A DNA stretch of 64,000 nucleotides from an uncultured Rhodanobacter sp. (GTDB lineage Bacteria > Bacteroidota > Bacteroidia > Cytophagales > Hymenobacteraceae). The stretch is taken from positions 239 to 64,238 of the forward strand of contig CAZZWL010000009.1 of the NCBI GenBank assembly GCA_964657755.1. The letters are read 5' to 3'. How positions within the stretch are numbered: the first letter of the stretch is position 1; every line of letters begins with the position of its first letter. Both the position numbers and the translations under genes were made by a program. The notes under the pieces are model-generated. The model worked only from the letters and a program-made list of their open reading frames with translations, was not told where the DNA came from and did not search any database. Of this stretch, positions 10,010 through 18,208 are shown piece by piece.

Positions 10010-10023
10010 CTGATTTTTATCAG
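10010..10023. promoter_or_regulatory. FNR-like box between divergent mlaE and PAS kinase
   Basis: CTGAT-tttt-ATCAG palindrome. Confidence 0.55.
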
Positions 10024-10091
10024 GTTTGGCAACTGCGTTATGGCCGACCTTTGCCGGGAATTCTGCCCTTTCTGCGCCTCGCCCCCCGCTT

Positions 10092-11702
10092 ATGCTGCCT
10101 ACCCCCTATACCACGGTGCTCGCCGACCTGCTGTACACCCATGCGCGGGAGTTTGTGGGTATCTACGACGTGGCCCTGGGGTGGTTTACGCAGGTAAACC
10201 CCACGGCGGTGCAGCTGCTGGGCTACGCTTCGGAAGAAGAATTTCTGGCCGACCCCGACCACTCGCTGCGCACCCCACCCTGGACGGTGACCGAGTGGCG
10301 GGCGCTGTGCGAGCTAACCCAGCGCGAGGGCCACCACGAGGTAGAAACCGACATCCGGCGGCACACTGGCGAGCCGTTTCGGGCCTACCTGCGCCTGGTG
10401 TATTTCGAGATGAAAGGCCACCCCACCCTGCTGGTGTGCCTCACCGAGCACAGCCCCCTGCAACGGGCCGAGCGCGCGCTGGCCCACAGCGTGCGGCGCT
10501 TCGAGGCCGTGTTTACCAACGCCACCATCGGCATTATCGTCTGCGACAAAGTCGGTATCATGTTGTCGGCCAATGGGTTAGCGGGCGAGCTGTTTGGCTA
10601 CCCGCCGGCCGCGCTGCTGGGCCAGCGCATCGAGGTGCTGGTGCCGGCCGCCACCGGTCGCCACCACGAGCACCTGCGGGCGTCGTTCAACGCCGACCCG
10701 CAGGTGCGCAGCATGGGCGCGCACCGCGCCTTGCAGGGCCAGCGCCTCGACGGCTCCGTGTTTCCGGTCGAAGTCAGCCTGAGCTATTTTTACCTCGATG
10801 AGGAGCTGTATGTAGTGGCCTACATCCTCGATACCTCCCTCAAAAAAGCGGCCGAGCAGGAGCTGCGCGACCAGCACCAGCACGTGGCGCGCCTCAACGC
10901 CGACCTCGAGCAGAAGGTGGCCGACCGCACCCACGCCCTGCTCAACACCCTGGAGCAGCTCGAAAAGCGCGGCCAGGAGCTGGCCCTGGCTCTGGCCGCC
11001 GAGCAGGAGCTGGGCGAGCTGAAGTCGCGCTTCGTGAGCATGGCCTCGCACGAGTTTCGCACCCCGCTCACGGCGGTGCTCACCTCGGCCACGCTCATCG
11101 GCAAATACCCCGGCGGCGACCAGCAGGCCCAGCGCCTGCGGCACCTGGAGCGCATCAACACGTCGGTTAACCACCTGAATGCCATCCTCGAAGAGTTTCT
11201 GTCGGTGGGCCGCATCGAGGAAGGCAAGGTGGAAACGCACCCCGCCACCTTCGACCTGAACACGCTGCTGACCGAAACCCTGGCCGACGTGCAAAGCCTG
11301 CGCAAGCCCGGCCAAACCATTGTGCAGCAGGTGGCGTGTCCCGACCCGTTTCGCCTCGACTCGTCGCTGCTGCGCAAAATCCTGGTCAACCTGCTTTCCA
11401 ACGCCCTCAAGTATTCGGGCGAAAACGCGGCGGTTACCGTGCAAGCCACTTGTCATGACAACCAGCTGATAATCAAGGTGCAAGACCAGGGAGTTGGGAT
11501 TTCCAAAGAAGACCAGGCGCATTTGTTCGAGCGTTTTTTTCGGGCCCGCAACGTCAGCACCGTGCCCGGCACCGGGCTGGGGCTCTACATCATTGCCCGC
11601 TACCTGGAGCTGATGGGCGGCACCATCGACCTGCAAAGTGCACTGGGCCAAGGCACTACCGTTACTGTCACCATTCCCTATGAAAACCATTCTGCTGATT
11701 GA
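10092..11702 (+). CDS. PAS-PAS sensor histidine kinase (second PAS FixL-like)
   Basis: PAS with LVP...RHHEHLRASF...MG...G.RLDGSVFPVEVSLS; H-box MASHEFRTPL; NLLSNALKYS; DQGVGI; GTGLGL. Confidence 0.9.
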   Translation: MLPTPYTTVLADLLYTHAREFVGIYDVALGWFTQVNPTAVQLLGYASEEEFLADPDHSLRTPPWTVTEWRALCELTQREGHHEVETDIRRHTGEPFRAYLRLVYFEMKGHPTLLVCLTEHSPLQRAERALAHSVRRFEAVFTNATIGIIVCDKVGIMLSANGLAGELFGYPPAALLGQRIEVLVPAATGRHHEHLRASFNADPQVRSMGAHRALQGQRLDGSVFPVEVSLSYFYLDEELYVVAYILDTSLKKAAEQELRDQHQHVARLNADLEQKVADRTHALLNTLEQLEKRGQELALALAAEQELGELKSRFVSMASHEFRTPLTAVLTSATLIGKYPGGDQQAQRLRHLERINTSVNHLNAILEEFLSVGRIEEGKVETHPATFDLNTLLTETLADVQSLRKPGQTIVQQVACPDPFRLDSSLLRKILVNLLSNALKYSGENAAVTVQATCHDNQLIIKVQDQGVGISKEDQAHLFERFFRARNVSTVPGTGLGLYIIARYLELMGGTIDLQSALGQGTTVTVTIPYENHSAD

Positions 11703-12732
11703 AGACAGCGCCTTCATCCGGGAAAACACCGCCGAGCTGCTCGCGCTGGCCGGCTACGCCGTGCAAACGGCCGAAAACGGCAAAATCGGCGTCGAGCAGG
11801 CCCTGGCCGAAAAGCCCGACCTGGTGGTGTGCGACATCATGATGCCCGTGCTCGACGGCTACGGCGTGCTCCAGATTTTCAACCAGAACCCGCAGCTGTC
11901 GGGCGTGCCCTTCATCTTTCTCACCGCCAAAACCGAGCGCACCGACCAGCGCCGCGGCATGGAGCTGGGGGCTGACGACTACCTCACCAAGCCCTTCAGC
12001 GAGACGGAGCTGCTGAGCGCCATCAGCGGGCGGTTGCAGCGCTTCCAACACCTCAAGCCCGACTACGACCTGCGCACCGGCGGCCTGAATGAATTTTTGG
12101 ACGATGCCCGCGCCGTGGGCCAGCTCGAAGGCCTCTCAGCCGACCGCCGCGCCCACGCCGTGCGCCGCAAGCAGGATATTTACCACGAGGGCGATGAGCC
12201 GGCGCGGGTGTACTTCGTGCAGGCCGGCCGGGTAAAAACCGTGAAAACCACCGACGGCGGCAAGGAGCTGATAACGGGCCTGTACGGGCCCGGCGAGTTT
12301 TTTGGCTACCTGGCCCTGCTCGAGCACACCACCCACGGCGACTCGGCCGTGGCCCTCGACGACGCGGAACTGGTGTACATTCCGGCCGACGATTTTCGGC
12401 AGCTGCTGCTGCGCAACGCGGCCGTGGGCCACCAGTTCATCCGCCTGCTGGCGGGCCGCGTGCGCGAGCGTGAGCAGCAGCTGCTGGCCATGGCCTACAA
12501 CTCCATCCGCCGCCGCGTGGCCGATGTGTTGCTACACCTGCACGCGCAAACCAGCGATAATCCCGAGGCCAGCATTCAACTCGCGCGCGACGACATGGCC
12601 GCCATGGTCGGCACGGCCCCCGAGTCGCTCATTCGCACCCTGAGCGAGTTCAACCAGAGCGGCCTGATTGAGCTGACTCCCAAGAACATCCGGGTGTTGC
12701 AGCCCGAAAAGCTGCGCCGGGCGCGCTGGTAG
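11680..12732 (+). CDS. Response regulator fused to Crp/Fnr cNMP-binding and HTH domains
   Basis: REC (ILLIED...DIMMP...TAK...KPF), cNMP domain (GPGEFFG), Crp HTH (MAAMVGTAPESLIRTLSEF). Overlaps the kinase stop. Confidence 0.92.
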   Translation: MKTILLIEDSAFIRENTAELLALAGYAVQTAENGKIGVEQALAEKPDLVVCDIMMPVLDGYGVLQIFNQNPQLSGVPFIFLTAKTERTDQRRGMELGADDYLTKPFSETELLSAISGRLQRFQHLKPDYDLRTGGLNEFLDDARAVGQLEGLSADRRAHAVRRKQDIYHEGDEPARVYFVQAGRVKTVKTTDGGKELITGLYGPGEFFGYLALLEHTTHGDSAVALDDAELVYIPADDFRQLLLRNAAVGHQFIRLLAGRVREREQQLLAMAYNSIRRRVADVLLHLHAQTSDNPEASIQLARDDMAAMVGTAPESLIRTLSEFNQSGLIELTPKNIRVLQPEKLRRARW

Positions 12733-12885
12733 GGAGCCCGCTACCCCTTCGCCTGCCGGCCATGCCAGGGCTCGGGTGCGGGCAGCATTATTCCGGTTGC
12801 TGGTGAGCCGGCTGGGGCGGTGCCGCCAGCTGCCCGGGCATGGAGGCGTAGCTAGCGAGTGAGTTTTATGGATAAACGGCTACGG

Positions 12886-13134
12886 CTACTGCTTCACGGG
12901 GGCTACCTCTGACTTCGGGGCTGGTTTGCTGTCGTGCAGCATTTCGTTGCCGAGGGCTTTGGTGTTTTTTACCACTTTGGGGCCTTTGTAGGTGGCCGCG
13001 CGGTGGTCGGCGGTTTGGCGAGCGGTGGCGGCCTTGCCCTGGGGATTTACGGTCTGCGAGGTGACGGTTGGAGCCGTTTGGGCCTGAGCGGTGCTGAGCA
13101 AGGCGACGAGGACCAGGATGGGGGTAGTTTTCAT
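12886..13134 (-). CDS. Small secreted hypothetical protein (paralogue A)
   Basis: Signal peptide ending AQAQ; shares the ADHRAATYxGPKV motif with 13712-13966. Confidence 0.75.
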   Translation of the reverse strand: MKTTPILVLVALLSTAQAQTAPTVTSQTVNPQGKAATARQTADHRAATYKGPKVVKNTKALGNEMLHDSKPAPKSEVAPVKQ

Positions 13135-13173
13135 GGGGTAGTGTTAATGTGGCTGGCACGCAGCAGGATAGCT

Positions 13174-13665
13174 CTACGGGCGCACATCGGTAAAGATACC
13201 TGCGGCAAGGGTAGTGTAAGGGCCAGGAATCGAACTGCTCGCGGCGCTGACTACGGCCGAGAAAGTGCCGGAAACACCGCCCTCGCTTGTGGCTGTGAGG
13301 GCGAAAGCAGTGCCGGCAAAGGTGTACGGTGGGCTATTGCCTTTGGTATAGAGGCCAAGGTTATTTAGCTGGTAGGTGCTGGCCGCTGCGCCCGGCACCT
13401 TGTAGAGGTGCAAGATGAGCGTTTCCGCGCCCGCTCCGGGCTGCGGCGTAGTGGTGAGGCTGAGGTCCAGAAAATCGTAGCGCTGGCTGCCGATACTGCC
13501 GGCGCTGAGGGAAGCGGCTGCCCGGCAGCTTTTCGCGGTGCCATCGAGTTTGTAGCTTCCCGTACCAGCTGCCGGGGTGGCGGGGTCGTCTTTCTTGGCG
13601 CAGCCCAGCGTGCTCAGCAGCAAGGTGGCGGCTAGCAGGGGCGTTGGGAATAAGCGCAGGTTCAT
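13174..13665 (-). CDS. Hypothetical lipoprotein
   Basis: Lipobox LSTLGC followed by AKKDDPAT; beta-rich body. Confidence 0.8.
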   Translation of the reverse strand: MNLRLFPTPLLAATLLLSTLGCAKKDDPATPAAGTGSYKLDGTAKSCRAAASLSAGSIGSQRYDFLDLSLTTTPQPGAGAETLILHLYKVPGAAASTYQLNNLGLYTKGNSPPYTFAGTAFALTATSEGGVSGTFSAVVSAASSSIPGPYTTLAAGIFTDVRP

Positions 13666-13711
13666 AGCGGGTAGAGTAGGATGGTTATTGCTGGCGCGCA
13701 GCAGCTCAGCG

Positions 13712-13966
13712 TTACTTCTTTACGCGCCGTGGGCGGGATGGGAGCCCTATATCAGCAGGCTTGCTTTTTTGCACCATTTTCTGGCCCAGGGCTTTGCTGT
13801 CCTCCGTCACTTTGGGGCCTTGGTAGGTCGCGGCGCGGTGGTCAGCCGCTTTGGTCGGCTTGGGGGGGGTAGGGTTGTCGTGGGGCGTGGCCGGCGCTTG
13901 GGCCTGCGCGGTGCCGAGCAGGGCGCCGAAGCCTAGGAGTAGGAGTAGGAGGGGAAGAGTTTTCAT
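13712..13966 (-). CDS. Small secreted hypothetical protein (paralogue B)
   Basis: Signal peptide ending AQAQ; ADHRAATYQGPKV...KALG..M...SKPA. Confidence 0.75.
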   Translation of the reverse strand: MKTLPLLLLLLGFGALLGTAQAQAPATPHDNPTPPKPTKAADHRAATYQGPKVTEDSKALGQKMVQKSKPADIGLPSRPRRVKK

Positions 13967-14547
13967 GCGTTAGAGTAGTTGAAAGCAATGCGCAGCAACT
14001 TTGGCACCGGGCAGCACGAGGCGAACGTTGCCTCTAAAGAAGGGCCGATGCTGGTGAGTATTGTTACCCACCAGCAAGGTAATGCAGCTCTTCAGCTTTC
14101 CGCCGCGCACACGTCCGGCGCACTGCGTAGCGGCGCCGAGGCCAGTGCCGTAGCTTGGAGTTGGGTGGCTAATTTGCGCAGCCCGCACGAGTTGCGCTAC
14201 GGTATGGGTGACGATAGTTTCTTGGTAAGTGCCGCCGCTTACCTGGTTGAAAGACCCAATGTGAATGGTAAGTTCGGGGCCAGGCAGCGGGCCGGCCCTA
14301 CCCCCGCCAGTATGGCCGGCGCCAACGGCTAGAAGCTACTCCATGCTGTGCGCGAAACTCGCAACACCGGGCGCGCTTTGCCCAGCCGCGCGCACGCTAC
14401 CGTAGCCTGGACCCAAGCCGCTGCATTAAACCCGAGTGAGTAGTTGACCGACCTGGCCGGCGACTAAAACTGCGGCTCAACTCGGTAAAAGCCACCCCGT
14501 TGATAAATAAAAAATCCGCTCTACGGGCTGTAGAGCGGCTTTTAGAG

Positions 14548-14619
14548 TAGTCCGTAGGGGAATCGAACCCCTGTTGGTAGAATGAAAATCTACTGTCCTA
14601 ACCCCTAGACGAACGGACC
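14548..14619 (-). tRNA. tRNA-Glu(TTC)
   Basis: Reverse strand reads GGTCCGTTCGTCTAGGGGTTAGGACAGTAGA-TT-TTC-AT-TCTACCAACAGGGGTTCGATTCCCCTACGGACTA, a normal cloverleaf with no encoded CCA. Confidence 0.97.
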
Positions 14620-14638
14620 GTTTTTTGTTTTGGTGGTG

Positions 14639-14646
14639 CAAAGATA
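14639..14646 (-). promoter_or_regulatory. Bacteroidota -7 promoter element for tRNA-Glu
   Basis: Minus strand TATCTTTG matches TAnnTTTG. Confidence 0.6.
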
Positions 14647-14852
14647 CGGCGATGCCCGTTCAATCCAAACCAAGGGCTGAAAAAAACGCGTTGGCAGCAA
14701 TAAGGGCGTTGATTTTCAGCTGGAAAAAATCAACTTCGCTACCGAATACGGCCGGAAACCGTAAGAATACGCGTCTGCTGGTAGCGGGACAACGGTAAAG
14801 TCGCCAACGCCCGTACCTTCGCAGCGTGTTATCACCTGGGCTGCGGCAGTAG

Positions 14853-15890
<1,038 letters not shown>

Positions 15891-15897
15891 TTTGTAG

Positions 15898-15976
15898 TGA
15901 CAAATGACTAGGGACTAATGACTACTGTTGTTCAATGTCAGAACAGCAGTAGTCATTAGTCCCTAGTCATTTGTCA
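15898..15976. repeat. 36-bp-stem hairpin built from AATGACT-type short repeats
   Basis: TGACAAATGACTAGGGACTAATGACTACTGTTGTTC-aatgtca-GAACAGCAGTAGTCATTAGTCCCTAGTCATTTGTCA, one G-U pair. Confidence 0.85.
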
Positions 15977-15988
15977 TTAAAAAGAAGT

Positions 15989-16864
15989 ATGCCACCCATC
16001 TGTTTTATTTTCAATCCTATGGCCGGCACCGGCCGCGGGGCCGACTTTCCGGTGCTGCTCCAGCGCTACTTTGGAGGGGTAGCGGGCATTGATTACCTGC
16101 TGCGCCCCACCGAACGGCCGGGCCACGCCACGGAGCTGGCCCGCGCCGCGGCCGCAGCAGGCTGCCGGGTAGTGGTAGCCGTGGGCGGCGATGGCACCGT
16201 GAATGAAGTAGGCCAGGGCTTGCTGGGCCAGCCCGGCACGGCGCTGGGCATTGTGCCCCGCGGCTCGGGCAATGGCCTGGCCCGGCACCTGGGGGTGCCG
16301 CTGCGCCTGCCTGCCGCGTTGCGCCGGCTGCGGCAGCCCACTTTCAGCCGCATGGACGTGGGTACTATTAATGGCCACCCGTTTTTTTGCACGGCGGGGC
16401 TGGGGTTTGATGCGCACGTGAGCCAGCATTTTGCGCAGGCCGGTTCGCGGGGGCTGAGCACGTATTTGCGGGTCACCATTCGGGAGTATGGCCTCTTTCG
16501 GCCCGTGCCGATAGAGGTCGAAGCCAATGGCCAGACCTTAGCAACCGACTGCTACGTGCTGGCCTTTGCCAATGCCTCGCAGTATGGCAATAATGCCTAT
16601 ATCGCGCCGCAGGCCAACCTGCAGGACGGCCTGCTCGATATGTGCCTCATCAATGCCCTACCCCCCTGGCGGGCCGTGCAAGTGGCCCTGGGTATGGCCC
16701 TGGGCACGCTGCCGCGCACCGGCGGCGCGGCCTACCGCCACACCCAGCACGCCACGGTGCGCGCCGCCGCGCCGCTGGGCTACCACGCCGACGGCGACTA
16801 CCTGGGCCACGCCACCGAGTTTGAGCTGGGCCTGCTACCGCTGGCCTTGGAAGTGGCCGTGTGA
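15989..16864 (+). CDS. Diacylglycerol/lipid kinase family protein (YegS/BmrU)
   Basis: FIFNPMAG, VGGDGTVNEV, PRGSGNGLAR, YGNNAYIAP, HADGD. Confidence 0.92.
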   Translation: MPPICFIFNPMAGTGRGADFPVLLQRYFGGVAGIDYLLRPTERPGHATELARAAAAAGCRVVVAVGGDGTVNEVGQGLLGQPGTALGIVPRGSGNGLARHLGVPLRLPAALRRLRQPTFSRMDVGTINGHPFFCTAGLGFDAHVSQHFAQAGSRGLSTYLRVTIREYGLFRPVPIEVEANGQTLATDCYVLAFANASQYGNNAYIAPQANLQDGLLDMCLINALPPWRAVQVALGMALGTLPRTGGAAYRHTQHATVRAAAPLGYHADGDYLGHATEFELGLLPLALEVAV

Positions 16865-16970
16865 GGCTGGGGCAGGAGGGAGAGTTGGTAATTAATCAAC
16901 GGCAGGTGCAGCTAAATCAAGGGCTGACTTGTTAAGCAAATACTTCGTCCATTTTTACCCTAAAAAAGAT

Positions 16971-17759
16971 ATGTCACAGAATCTTGTGCAGGAGTTACAA
17001 GCGCAGCTGCAGCCGTTTCGGCAGCGCATGGTGGACCACTCGGTATACCGCCGCCTCGACACGCTGGCCGACTTGCGCGTGTTTATGGAGCACCACGTGT
17101 ATGCAGTCTGGGATTTTATGTCGCTGCTCAAAGCCTTGCAGCGCGAGCTAACGTGCGTGGAGCTGCCCTGGGTGCCCAAGGGCAACCCCGCCACCCGCCG
17201 CCTCATCAACGACATCGTGCTGGAGGAAGAAACCGACCTCGACCCCGAGGGCCAGCCCACCAGCCACTTCGAGCTCTACCTGCGCGCCATGCGCGAGGCC
17301 GGCGCCGACACCGCGCCCGTGCAGCGGCTGCTGGCGGCCCTGGCCAGCGGGGCCAGCGTGCCGGCCGCTCTGGCCGCCGCGCCGGCCCCGGCCAGCGTGC
17401 AGGAGTTTGTGAAGCACACCTTTGCCGTGGTGGCCGGCGGGCAGCCGCACGCCATCGCGGCGGCCTTCACCTTTGGCCGCGAAGATGTAATTCCCGACAT
17501 GTTCCGCAACCTGGTCGATGACCTGGCCCGGCGCTTTCCGGGGCAGCTCGACACATTTATCTACTACCTCAACCGCCACATCGAACTGGATGAGGACCAC
17601 CACGCGCCGCTGGCCCACCAAATGGTGCGCGACCTGTGCGGCACCGACGCCACCCGCTGGCAAGCGGCCACCGACGTGGCCCGCCAGGGCATGGCCGCCC
17701 GCGTGACCCTCTGGGATGGCATTGCCGCCGCCCTGCCGCAGCAACAGCCAGTAGCTTAG
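16971..17759 (+). CDS. DUF3050 family (heme-oxygenase-like fold) protein
   Basis: FMEHHVYAVWDFMSLLKALQ, SHFELY, FTFGRED.IP.MF, YLNRHIELD motifs. Confidence 0.85.
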   Translation: MSQNLVQELQAQLQPFRQRMVDHSVYRRLDTLADLRVFMEHHVYAVWDFMSLLKALQRELTCVELPWVPKGNPATRRLINDIVLEEETDLDPEGQPTSHFELYLRAMREAGADTAPVQRLLAALASGASVPAALAAAPAPASVQEFVKHTFAVVAGGQPHAIAAAFTFGREDVIPDMFRNLVDDLARRFPGQLDTFIYYLNRHIELDEDHHAPLAHQMVRDLCGTDATRWQAATDVARQGMAARVTLWDGIAAALPQQQPVA

Positions 17760-17772
17760 TCCGATAACGAAG

Positions 17773-18114
17773 ATGAAAAACGACCAGTCGCGCCGCCAGG
17801 GGGTAGTGTTTTCTACTAATCCCGACTTCTCTTTTCAGACGGACGAGGCTGTGGAGGCCACGACCCTACCCCCCCGCCAGCAGCAATTGCGCGTGCAGCT
17901 TGACAAAAAGCAGCGCGGCGGCAAGCAGGTGACGCTCGTCACGGGCTTCTTGGGCCGCGACGAGGACCTGCAAACCCTGGGTAAGCTTCTCAAAACCAAG
18001 TGCGGCGTAGGCGGTAGCGCCAAAGACGGCGAAATAGTGGTGCAGGGTGACCTACGCGCCAAAGTGCTCGAAATCCTACTTAAAGAAGGCTACAAAGCCA
18101 AGCAGATAGGATAA
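17773..18114 (+). CDS. SUI1/YciH translation initiation factor
   Basis: DKKQRGGKQVT...LKTKCGVGGSAKDGEIVVQGD. Confidence 0.93.
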   Translation: MKNDQSRRQGVVFSTNPDFSFQTDEAVEATTLPPRQQQLRVQLDKKQRGGKQVTLVTGFLGRDEDLQTLGKLLKTKCGVGGSAKDGEIVVQGDLRAKVLEILLKEGYKAKQIG

Positions 18115-18121
18115 AAAGTAC

Positions 18122-18201
18122 TGACTAATGTCGAGTGACTACTGACTAATGTCGTTCAATAGCCAGAACGACATTAGTCAGTAGTCACTCGACATTGGTC
18201 A
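18122..18201. repeat. 36-bp-stem hairpin of TGACTAATGTCG units; likely bidirectional terminator
   Basis: TGACTAATGTCGAGTGACTACTGACTAATGTCGTTC-aatagcca-GAACGACATTAGTCAGTAGTCACTCGACATTGGTCA, between convergent genes. Confidence 0.85.
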
Positions 18202-18208
18202 TTAACCG

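Noticed and set aside
13970-14332. ORFs of 72 aa (-) and 117 aa (+) between the small secreted gene and tRNA-Glu
   Set aside because: No recognisable motif, signal peptide or convincing codon pattern; cannot be supported from sequence alone.
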